From positions 1-33,761 of the forward strand of contig NW_021832737.1 in assembly GCF_006345805.1 (NCBI RefSeq): 33,761 nt of DNA, written 5' to 3'. This DNA comes from Octopus sinensis. Its lineage: Eukaryota. A model generated the notes under the pieces. The model was not told where the DNA came from and did not search any database. It saw only the letters and a program-made list of their open reading frames with translations. The position numbers and the translations under genes are program-made. Positions 23,502 through 33,761 of the stretch are shown here, one piece after another (position 1 is the first letter of the stretch; each line of letters starts with the position of its first letter).

Positions 23502-23624
23502 GTAAACAAGACGTGGAAGAAACAGTTACAGCGTGAAGGAAAGTTTTGTTGGGCTACCAAGTGAGACAGACAGACAAATAGGAATATATACATATATATA
23601 ATGTACACACACATATACACATAT

Positions 23625-23680
<56 letters not shown>

Positions 23681-23808
23681 TGAGAGAGTTAGAAGAGTAG
23701 ACAAACCAAAATAGATACATAGATACATGGATGTGTATGTGTATCCAATGTGTATGTATGTATATATATATAGATTTAATGTAATCTATAATATTATAAA
23801 ATAATATA

Positions 23809-23872
<64 letters not shown>

Positions 23873-23900
23873 TGATACAAATACACACACACACACATAT
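23436..23900. repeat. (AG)n, (ACAG)n, (TA)n and (CATA)n microsatellite cluster
   Basis: Direct reading. Confidence 0.9.
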
Positions 23901-24792
23901 ATAAGAAAGAGAGAGAAGATGGAGGGAAAGAGGGAAAGAGGGAAAGAGCGAGAACAGCTTTAAAAAAACCCCAACAGACTGTTTACATAGTGAAGTATTA
24001 TTTTAACAGATTATCTTCTATATACTAAAAACAAAATTTTTGGCGTGCGCAAAGATTGGAACCTTTTATTTTTCTTACCATCTTTTCATCCACATTTCTT
24101 CTTTGGTGTTGCCAACATTTTCTTTTTACAGTTATTTTTTTCAAATGTTTTTATGTGGTTTTTATCCTAAAAATAGAAACTACCGAAGACTTATGTCTTC
24201 AAAATCATAAAAGAATAAGAAGAAAACTTTTTTTTTAAAGAAAAATTGCTATTAGTAAGATTTTTCAACCTAAGTAAAAGAATTAATCTAAATTGTGTGT
24301 TTCAATTAAAGTGCTATTACACGTAGACTTTATGTGTTTGTGCGTGTGTATATAAACACGCGCACACACTTGTGACAGTATCGGTTAGCTGACCAAAAGA
24401 AAAAAAAATACACTTAATATGAGTAATAAAACAAATATACTTTTATATAAGTAAATCGCCGAGAAATACCTGTATTGCATATGTATATCGTCGAGAGGAA
24501 GAAAACTCTAGGATATATATATAAGACAAGGTAATAATTTTATCATGAAGAACATTTTAGTACCGGTTTCAGACTTTGCGACTTTTTCAACTTTGAGTAA
24601 AGCATGAACTGCAATTAAGTTGTGGAAAAATTAAATGAAATGTTTTTAAAAAATATTTCTATAGATTTCAAATGCAAGGGACATTTTCCTTTTTCTGTCT
24701 CTGTCTCTCTTTTTTACTCATGTGAGATCTAGGTAGTGAGCAGCAGGTAGTGGTAGTCCTAATATTTGGTATGAATTCTTGCTTTATACTCA

Positions 24793-26069
24793 CACAGGAA
24801 AGATGTTCATTTAAGATTTTCCCTGACCCACTTCCCGTTATTGGAGGAAACGGAACTTCTACAGATATAATTATACATGTCTCTATATGTCACATTGTAA
24901 ATTGCAGCTTTCCATTAGTATTCGTTTGTCTTTTACGGCTGCTGAAGGTGTTATAATGGAGGCAGTTGAATACAAATCAGTGATCAGGTTCTTATACTTA
25001 AAAGATCGAACACCAAAACAGAATTTCGATGAGATGAAAAAAGTTTATAGTGACGATGCACCATCATACGACGTAGTCAAGCACTGGCATCGCCAGTTCA
25101 AATGTGCTCGGACATCGGTGGAAACTGCTCCTATTCCTGGACGACCACATTCCGCTATTGATGACGACACCATCCATGAAGTGGAAGCCGCCATTATGGA
25201 GGATCACCGCATAGCTATTCGGCAACTAGCCCAAGAAGTGAAGATAAGTGTAGAGTCCGTGGAAAAAAAAAATCATTCACGACCATTTGCACATGCGTAA
25301 GTTGTCTGCACCACGGATTCACCATTTCAGCAGCAGGAACAAGTCAATTGTTCCCAGGCTCTTTTGGCAATATGCTAAGAAAATTAGGATGACTTTTTCG
25401 GCAGACTAATCACACAGGATGAAACATGGGTCCATCACTATGATCCTGAGTCTAAAGTCCAGTCGTAGCAATGGAAGCATGATAACTCACCACCTCCAAA
25501 AATGGCTCATGTCCAACCCTCAACAGGCAAGGTAATGCTCACAGTCTTTTGGGACCAGCGCGGAGTAGTAATGATGGATTTTCCGGCAAAGGGTACCACA
25601 ATTAACGTGGCATATTATGCTTCTCTGCTGCAAAAATTACGGGACGCCATCAAAGCAGAGAGGCATGGCATGCTGACCATAGAAGTCCGTCTTGTCCAAG
25701 CCAATGCTCTAGTTCACAATGTGCCTGTTTCCCAGATGAAAATACACTCTTACGGCTATTAAATCCTTCCTCATCCCTCTTACTCTCCCGACCCCGCACC
25801 ATCTGACTTCTACCTCTCCTCAACAATGAAGTCCTTTTTGAAGAGGAAGTACTTTCGGATGATGATGAACTTATTTCCGAAAAAAAGTCTTGGCTTCAAG
25901 AGCAACCTACCAACTTTTACAGACGAGTTCTTCACAGATGCATAAAGCGATAGGAGAAATGTGTCACTATTGGCGGTAGCTATGTAGAGAAGGGCTTATG
26001 ATTATGCCAAGTCTCGATAATCCCAGTTCTTGGGAAGTGGATCATGGAAATCTTTAATGAACGCCTCTC

Positions 26070-26072
<3 letters not shown>
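24793..26072 (+). mobile_element. Full-length decayed mariner element (~1.28 kb)
   Basis: Imperfect TIRs: gttcatttaagattttccctgacccacttccc (24805-24836) versus the reverse complement of 26032-26062. TA follows at 26073-26074. Confidence 0.88.
24956..26001 (+). pseudogene. mariner DD34D-type transposase, frameshifted with stops
   Basis: MEAVEYKSVIRFLYLK...VKHWHRQFK...GRP; ITQDETWVHHYDPE; GKVMLTVFWD; QANALVH (second catalytic D lost); HPLYSPDPAPSDFY; GSYVEK. Confidence 0.9.
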
Positions 26073-26112
<40 letters not shown>

Positions 26113-26352
26113 CGGGAAGTAAATTACTGTTCATGCCATAAAATTGATAAAAATATTACCGTTGATTTCGCGCACTCTGTTGTACGTACGCAATATTGAC
26201 GACTCTTCAGACATGCTATCTGGGACATATTACATTGGCAAGTTTAAAAGTCGCGGAACCGACGGTAATATTCTCATTAATATATGCTGAATCCAGTAAT
26301 GTGATATATATATATATATATTATATATATATATATATATATATTGGAGACT

Positions 26353-27629
26353 CCATTATGAAAGACTGCTGAATGTGGAGAATGAATGGCCCCCAACTGA
26401 GGGGCCAGCTACCCGAATCGACAGTACCCTGGTAGATAGAGCAACTAAGGATATGAAGACAAGGAAAGCACCTGACCCATCAGGTATCACTGCTAAGATA
26501 CTTAAAATATCGGGTGGTGTGGGTTATTGTCTTGTCACCCACATTGTAAATCAAGTAGTTCATGAAGGAGTCATACCCAATGACTGGTGTAGTAGCACCT
26601 TAGTCAACTGCTACAAAGGTAAAGGTGATGCTTTAGAAAGAAATAACTACAGGGGTATCAAACTATTGGATCAGATGATGAAAATTACAGAGAGGATCAT
26701 AGCCCTACTAATTATGGAGAGAGTTAGCCTAGATGAGATGTAGTTTGGTTTTGTGCCAGACAGAAGCATCATTGATGATATATTTCTGGTAAGGCATCTG
26801 CAGGAGAAATATCAAGCCAAAGATAAACTTCTGTACATGGCTTTTGTTGACTTGGAGAATGCCTTTGACAGGGTCCCCCGATCCCCTATCTGGTGGTCAA
26901 TGCGGAAACTGGGGATAGACGAGTGGTTGGTAAGAGCTGTACAAGCCCTGTACAGGGATGCTGTCAGTAAGATGAGGGTTTGCAACGAGTATAGGGAAGA
27001 ATTCCGAATAGTAAAAATGCACCAAAGATCAACCCTCAGTCCCCTTTTGTTTTATTATAGTCCTCCAGGAAATAACAAAGGAATTCAAGACAGGTTGCCC
27101 CTGAGAGCTCCTCTATGCTGATGATCTTGCTCTAATAGCCGAGTCACTGCTAGAACTAGAGACGAAGTTTATGGTGTGGAAGCAAGATCCAGAATCGAAG
27201 GGTCTTAGGGTTAATCTAGCAAAAACCAAAGTCTTAGTAAGTAGGAAGGCTGTCAAATTACAAGCCCCTTCAGGTAGATGGCCCTGCTCAATCTGTAGAA
27301 AAGTCGTGGGTAGAAACTCCATATGCTGTACTCGGTGTAAGGTGTGGACATATAAAAGGTGCAGCAATATCAAAGGAAGGTTAACCAGGAAGATAGTTTT
27401 TGAGTGCAGCAGATGCACAGGGCAATAAACACTGATGATGGAGTCCATCACATACCAGGAGGAGAAACTAGTAGTTAATAGCTTCTGCTACCTAGGCGAC
27501 CAAGTCTGTAGTGGGAGTGGATGCTCTGAGTATGTAATGGCTAGAATAAGAATAGCCTGGGAAAAATATTCAGAGAGCTCCTACCTCTAAGGGCAACAAA
27601 GGTCCTCTCGCTCAGGATGAAAGGTAGAT

Positions 27630-27689
<60 letters not shown>

Positions 27690-27722
27690 CGTGTGTGTGC
27701 GCGCGTGCGTGTACGCAGTGCT
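26353..27722 (+). mobile_element. RTE-clade LINE RT fragment, truncated at both ends, with a PHD-like insert
   Basis: ORFs 26375-26743 (YKGKGDALERNNYRGIKLL) and 26753-27121 (MAFVDLENAFDRVP); YADD at 27114-27125; GLRVNLAKTKV; Cys-rich finger at 27285-27416; SFCYLGD...ARIRIAW. A (TG)n tract interrupts it at 27630-27706. Confidence 0.9.
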
Positions 27723-28212
27723 TCAAGGTTTGATACAGCCAGATGTCATCAAAGCATTCAACTATCTGATATATTACTCAACTGAATTCTGAGACAAATT
27801 AAGCAGTTCAAGTTGATGCTGTGATACGAATGCCACGGATGTGAGCTTTGCCTGTCATTCTTTCAGCTGTCGACAAAAAACGATAAGTACCAAGTTAGGG
27901 CGGTCGACTGGAGAGTCTGGAAATAAGACGTCGGTCAAGTTGCCTTGCGGTATCTGTTCCAGACTGCGAAAATACTTGTTGCTAAAACGTAATGATCTTT
28001 AAGAGCTCTTCCTCTTGAAAGACATCGGTGGCGTGGAGAGGGGAAAAGGGACACCTATATGCATTAGTGGTGCCAGTTTTGCGCGAAAAACTTTGAACAG
28101 GTCTATGCATACATGTGCTATTAGATGACCAATTCCGAATGAAGAAGTTATAATATATATATATATATACACACGCACATATACATACACACATATATAC
28201 ATACATACAAAC

Positions 28213-28249
<37 letters not shown>

Positions 28250-28839
28250 TAAAAATGTCTACATACACACACATAAACATACACACATTATATATATACA
28301 TACAAAACGGGACACCAGCATTCGTCAGCAAAGAAGACAAGTCCCTCGTTATCTCAAAGACTTGTGCCATGGATATAAATCGTTGAAGACCAAACACTGT
28401 AAAAATCGGACTCACGGCCTTATTCTCTCCATAGTGATCTGAGTAACGAATGATGTCAGAATTTCAGAAATTTTGGAAATATCATTGACAATGAAGAAAC
28501 AACGACATCACGAAGACGCCTATACATTTTCGAGGTGTGACCGATTAAATCGACTCAGCACAATATATTATCGATCTCGCAACAGGATTTGGGATGAGGG
28601 GAAAAAAAGTGACTGTTAAAACGGGTGACTGGTTAAATTTATCCTTCAGTGAAGAAAAACCTGAAGCCAACTGACTAGCTTCCTCAAAGCTTGCGTCCAA
28701 CCGATGTTACGATAGAAGATATTTTTCAAGATGCCGCGCAATGAAATTGAATTCAAAGCCTCCAGGTTATTGTGAAAGAAACTCTTCAAGCAAATGATAT
28801 CACCGGAGCTGTTTTTATTGCACGAACATAGCATTATAA

Positions 28840-29085
28840 CCCTTTTATTACCATATTTCTGCTGACATATAATGTCTTTATTTTGATTAATTTCTTTTTA
28901 ATAATGAATAGTTTAATAAAACAATTTCGTCATTATAAAAATAATTTCATCATTATTATTTGGAAATAGAAAACAGAAATTAACATGAAATTTTGAGGGA
29001 AGGTTGTAATATAGATGGCTTTAAAACAAGAATTTTGTATCGCAGGATCAGGGATGGTCTCAGGCGGATTGGTATCAGAAAAGGT
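28840..29085. mobile_element. Decayed piggyBac-type MITE (~246 bp)
   Basis: ATAA|CCCTTTTATTACC at the left end and GGTATCAGAAAAGGT|TTAC at the right end: degenerate TTAA sites and an imperfect TIR. Confidence 0.55.
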
Positions 29086-29372
29086 TTACCTGAATATAAT
29101 TATTGACAGTATAAGGCATCTTACAAAGGCACATTTCATCAGATGTATAACGGTGGATGCAGTGATGTCTTTCCAAAGGCTAATTCACAGTGTAAAGTAG
29201 ATTTGAATGGGAATGCAATCTGATGTAACCCATTTATGCATTATATATGATATTTAAATAACTACGGTATATCGGTAAATATCCATGTTGATAAACACAC
29301 AAATATATGTATATATGTATGCATATATATATAATATATATATAATATATATATATATATATTATAATATAT

Positions 29373-29410
<38 letters not shown>

Positions 29411-29415
<5 letters not shown>

Positions 29416-29620
29416 CAGACAAGAATGTAATATTTTGAACGCAGTATAGCCGTGAAAACAGCAGAAAGTTTGGGTATTTTACACTTATATGACGGGAAAA
29501 GTTGTCAGCAGACAGCCAGGGTACTGTCTGCTGCCCACATTTTCCGTTGTATAGAGTAAAGTCTTCCTGCTCTTTTCACGGCTATACTGCGTTCGAAAGA
29601 TTACTTTCTTGTCTGTATTA
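29411..29620. mobile_element. 210-bp fold-back (hairpin) MITE flanked by TA
   Basis: Left arm taatacagacaagaa...gaacgcagtatagccgtgaaaa...cagcagacag pairs with right arm ctgtctgctg...ttttcacggctatactgcgttc...ttcttgtctgtatta; 8-nt loop at 29516-29523. Confidence 0.88.
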
Positions 29621-29682
29621 TACGATACACATTCGACGCTTCCAAAAACAAGAACAAAAAGTTTTGTTTACATATGTTGCTG

Positions 29683-29713
<31 letters not shown>

Positions 29714-30149
29714 GCGACAGAAGCAACATTAATACCAAAGTTAATATTTGTCATTCACTCAATGTCGTTGTTGTGTTAGAACACAAAATACTGCGTTATC
29801 TACCTCGAGAGAATCTCTCATATGGACTCATTGTACATAAAATTACTCCTGTTTATATAATTGACTGGCGATAACCGTCTCATACGACCACTGAAACTGT
29901 TAGTTAACGTGATGTTTATTTTTTAGCGTTCTCATTCATCGTATCCCAATATTCAACAATTTACCGTTTATTTGCAGAATGCCTAACGATTTACTTTATG
30001 CCAGCAATTGCTGCGGAACAAACAAAAAGTCACGGCGTAGACACAAACTTTCTCAAACTACATTAGTACGATCGTTTGAATAAAATAAAGCCGTGCCATA
30101 AGACTCCGTTGTACTGCAACAAGCAATGGGAATGAAGAAAGCAAGTACC

Positions 30150-31465
30150 GTTCCAAAAGATTTACACGATATGAATTGTAAGTGTGCTATTGGAAGAATG
30201 CGCAGTGTACATATCAGTCAACATGAACGCTCCTTTCAAAGACTTCTCCATAAAATGAAAGTTCAAATTCATTTCAAGATTTCAGAGTATTCAAAATTTA
30301 CACCGCCAATTGAGAGACAAGCTTTATATGTGAACTGTTGAAGAATGGTGGCCAGTAGGTTGTATCTCGAACAACCAAGAGTCTTAGGGTCATTTGCACC
30401 CTGCCGTTAAAACACTGAACCATACAAATGCACTTCAGTGTTGCGTCAAGTATTTTGATAACCCGGGTGAAAATTTCTAGTTCTAAGACAAAAGATGGCT
30501 TCAGCATGGACATGGAGCACACGGATGAAATCTATAAGGCAACCCTCATTGATAAACTCAAGAGTATAACTAAAAGCTTGTTTATCTCAAACAACCAAGA
30601 GTCTTAGAGTCATTTGCACCATGCTGTTAAAACACTGAATCATCCAATTGCAATTCAGCTTTTGACTCAAGTACTTTGATAACCTTGCTGTAAACTTGAA
30701 GTTATTAAGCTCAGATGTGTTCCAGTATGTAAACGGAACACAGATGAAATTTATAATGCAGCCCTCATTGATAAGCTCAAGAATATAAATAGCCAAGAAC
30801 TACAAAAATACGGCTTCCCTCAACCTAAATATACTGAAGTCAATAATTTAGCAATAGAAATTTTGAAATAGAAATGTCATATAACATCAACACATTTATA
30901 GTATAGGTCAAGGAAAACCAGTCACAATTTACTGTAGACCAGAAGGTAGTCAATTCTGTTATTTTTGACAGTCTTCAGCAGCATGGAATTGGAATTAGCT
31001 TCTTTGATATTAATTGTGGAACTGGAAAGATATTCTTGATCAATTTAATATTGACCAAAGTTGTTCAACATAAACACATAAGCTATTGCAATTGTTTCTT
31101 CAGGTATTACTGTCACACTTCTTCCTGGGAGTCATACAACACGTTCTACTAAAAAATTCTTCATGGGAATGGGCAGAATTAATATATCTGTTTGCAACAC
31201 TGCAAAAAACTTCGGGACCAAACAAATTCTTAAGAGGTCGGTTGTCTAGTAGTACATTGCACAGGGAGCTCTGAAGGCCTAGAAAGGGACAATGCGTGAG
31301 TTGCGTGACAACAGATCTCAGATGTGAGGAATAGTGGTGGTGTTGCCAGACAATATCCGTCAGGCTTTGACCCCCAAAAGGCACAAAAACCGATGGAATT
31401 CCTACTTGTTTTAAATCGTCATCGCTTTAGACCAAAGTTAAAGTCTTTAATATCTACAAACATGG
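30150..31465 (+). mobile_element. Helitron RepHel fragment (PIF1-family helicase N-terminal half), decayed
   Basis: AIGRMRSVH...QRLLHKMK; KYFDNLA; EIYNAALID...YGFPQP; DQKV...FFDINCGTGKIFLINLIL (Walker A at 31015-31032); IAIAIVSSGITVTLLPG...RST; GALKA..GTMRELRDN; PKGTKTD...CFKSS. These follow the Helitron order GGTGKT / ASSGIAATLLPGG / GDFRQ. Confidence 0.85.
30361..30795 (+). repeat. Two-copy diverged tandem duplication, 220-bp period, inside the Helitron
   Basis: tatctcgaacaaccaagagtcttag starts at 30363 and tatctcaaacaaccaagagtcttag at 30583. Both units end ...ccctcattgataa(a/g)ctcaaga(g/a)tataa. Confidence 0.9.
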
Positions 31466-31480
31466 AGATCACACACACAC

Positions 31481-31483
<3 letters not shown>

Positions 31484-31520
<37 letters not shown>
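31484..31520. repeat. (ATC)n microsatellite
   Basis: Direct reading. Confidence 0.95.
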
Positions 31521-32509
31521 TTCGTCATCGTGATGTTGAAAGTGTGGATTATGATGATAAGGTTGTGGTTGATGTTGTTTAGTCCCGGTCCTTCCAGAAT
31601 GAGTAAATCGATCAAAGACAGCGGCCATACTAATTCTGTCTTTTCTTTTCAATTTAAAAAATTTCATTATTCAATGTGTCGTTCTAATTTTTAAGAGACA
31701 AGGAGTTCAAAAAGGTAATTTGGCTGCTATTTCTAGGTGATCGAGTGATCACGTAGGGATATAGGGCTCCATCGTTGGCTCTCCGTGATGAGGTTAATAG
31801 TGGTCGTTGGAAATTTTGGTAATGATAGTGGTACGGGTGTGATGGTTGTGGAGGTGGGAGTTATAGTCATAGTGACGGCGGCAACTATGATGATATGATG
31901 GCTGATGGGAAGCGATTCTCTCTCTCACTAACTCACCCCCTCTCTCTCTCTCTCTCTCTTTCGCTCGCGCTCTTTCTTGCCCCTAACATAGGTCAAAGCC
32001 AAATTGCCGTTTATATGAATGATCAAGGAGACGGAGGTTGGAGGGGAGGCCAAATGGAGGAATATGCTGTATCTGAGGCTAGGGAGATTAGATCAGCATA
32101 TTTAACTCTGATCTCAAGCCCTGAGAAAGGATCTTGGTCGTTCCCGCCCCACTTTTTTTTTCTTTTTTTGTCAACCTTGATAACTTTTTTTTTTTTTTTT
32201 CCTACGAGGTGACAACATAGCTGGAATTAGATAAATGACGACGTCGATGCGGAAATACTTACAAAATATCACCGGGCATCCGGCCGGCAGATCTGATTGA
32301 CCCCTTCCCGTTATTTATTTATTTATTGATATCTTTTATCTTTTTTCTTTTCAGTACAGCAACGTTCGAAATTAAAAGGGGTCGCAAAGGAAGAGCACGA
32401 AACTGAATAAATAAAAACTTCTTTATTTTACGGCGTTACTTTACTATTTTATATATTTTTGTGGCTTTTCCTATCTTGTTCCCCGTCCCCTGCACAATAA
32501 TAGTAACTC

Positions 32510-32695
32510 TTTATAATAAAAAGCACAAAGCCCGAAATATTTTGGGGAGAGGATTCGTCAATTAAACTGATTCAAGTAGTTGACTGGTACTTTATTTTAG
32601 CGTCCTTTGGAAAGGTGAAAGAATAAGTAGACTTGAGCTATTTTTGAACTCAGAATATGAAGAGCCGAAACGTTCTAACGATTCTGCTCGTCCAT
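32510..32695 (-). mobile_element. Heavily decayed copy of the SINE at 4298-4514
   Basis: cacaaagcccgaaat...actggtact...gaaag...tttgaactcagaa...ctaacgattctgc is collinear with 4321-4505. Confidence 0.6.
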
Positions 32696-32704
32696 TATTA
32701 TCAG

Positions 32705-33334
32705 ACGGACCAGTCATCTGAGATGTGTGCAGGGCGACGAAACCGTCCTGCATGCACACGTCCAGTGTCCAGGCATTACTGACTTGTTGAGCTTTGTCGA
32801 ACAACTGTTGACGCGTGTAGGACGGATCCGGTTATCAGCCGAATCCATCGTGAATATCGCCCCGCCGCCTTCATTTGGCTGGGAAAGAAAGGCAGTTTTC
32901 CTCTCTCTGATGGCTATGGCGAAGGAGGCAGTGTGGCGGACAAGACTGAAAGGACTGAAGACAGACACTTTTCTATTCTGGTCCCTCATCAGCTTTTTCA
33001 AGATTCACTTGAAAAAGAAAATGAGACTGGAGAGTAAAGTTCGGCCCCCAATATTTTTGTTGGAAGGTGGGTGAATGTGGTGAAGATGGCCCGTGTGAAT
33101 GGGCCTACTCTAAACATAAGTTTGTAAATCGGAGTTGTGAAGGAGAGACACCTGTTGAAGTGATCGGTCGGGATAACCAGGATGTGTGGAGCTCCTTGGT
33201 TGTCCCTGTGAGGTATTTTATTGTTTAAGTTTATTAATTGTTATTTTTACAGGACTTTGTACAAAACCCCACTTGGCCCTTATGCTGTATTGCCATTATT
33301 GTTTTGTGATCGGCCCATATGGCCAATAAAGAAA
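32705..33334 (+). mobile_element. L1/Tx1-clade LINE 3' end (zinc knuckle, ORF2 C-terminus, 3' UTR)
   Basis: xLRCVQGDETVLHAHVQCP (CCHC knuckle, first C lost) and MAKEAVWRTR in ORF 32727-33074. The UTR ends in AATAAA (33325-33330) gaaa. Confidence 0.7.
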
Positions 33335-33369
33335 CCATTCTTCTTCTCTTCCTTCTTCTTCTTCTTCTT

Positions 33370-33761
33370 GGATGAAAGAGCAGAGCATGCCATCAAAGTG
33401 ACACTGGGGTAAAATATATGAAGTCTAATAGACCCATCATGACCACCCGTCTGATAAGGGTACACCAGGCACATGCATCACAACCATATGTGCGCGACAT
33501 GGTGATCTCATATTAAGATAAACAGCGCATTACCTTCCAGGTGGGAGCTCAAAAGGTCCCTGAATAAGGGATGTTTAAGGATGATGAACAAAACACCCAC
33601 GTTTCCAGAGGTGAATTATTCAAACTCCAAAGAATCCCTGTCAACACACTTCTATGATACTCCCCAACTACTGCTCTTGATCAGAAGATGAACGTATCGT
33701 CAGCCACTAAGGGACATGCTCAACTAGTTATGGTCAAGCAACTGACAAGCAAATCGTGGTT
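33370..33761 (-). repeat. Unclassified interspersed repeat, possibly ending in an (AAG)n tail; runs off the window
   Basis: Non-coding and resembles a repeat I recall from octopus DNA. It is single-copy in this window, so it cannot be verified internally. Confidence 0.35.

Noticed and set aside
27432-27476. CUGAUGA...GAAACUAGUA inside the RTE ORF
   Set aside because: Stems I and II do not pair at the junction and it lies in RT coding sequence. It is a useful reminder that core words occur by chance, so only motifs with junction-adjacent stems were reported.
28646-28834. 62-aa minus-strand ORF with Leu/Asn spacing suggestive of an LRR
   Set aside because: It has no LxxLxLxxN consensus and its length is within chance expectation.
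972-29874. Dozens of ORFs with poly-T/I/L/E/K or HT/YI/MYVC/CV repeats
   Set aside because: They are translations of microsatellites, which lack stops in several frames; there is no domain content.
32657-32675. UGAAGAGCCGAAACGUU mini-hammerhead look-alike
   Set aside because: It is explained by an internal deletion in the decayed SINE; there is no C3, no real stem II and no stem I.

Overview
AT-rich, microsatellite-dense eukaryotic DNA. The repeat families and simple-repeat load suggest an octopus/cephalopod genome (inference from recalled families, not a search). No intact protein-coding gene is supportable: the ORF track consists of microsatellite artefacts or pieces of decayed transposons. 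Recognisable elements: an R4/Dong-type RLE non-LTR retrotransposon in an (AAT)n tract, a pogo/Tigger transposase relic, a mariner fold-back, a full-length decayed mariner, a Penelope-like element (GIY-YIG), CR1-like, RTE and L1/Tx1 LINE fragments, a Helitron helicase fragment, TTAA piggyBac-type MITEs, a 210-bp hairpin MITE and several tRNA-type SINEs. The most interesting layer is a set of hammerhead-ribozyme (HHR) motifs: two copies of a ~135-bp (AAT)n-linked element with a minimal type I HHR, one HHR at the 3' end of the Penelope element, a candidate U3-A8 core variant, and a motif at 8854-8909 in which all three HHR helices and the core are present in a permuted, pseudoknot-requiring strand order. 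All structures were folded and aligned by eye and need computational and biochemical confirmation.
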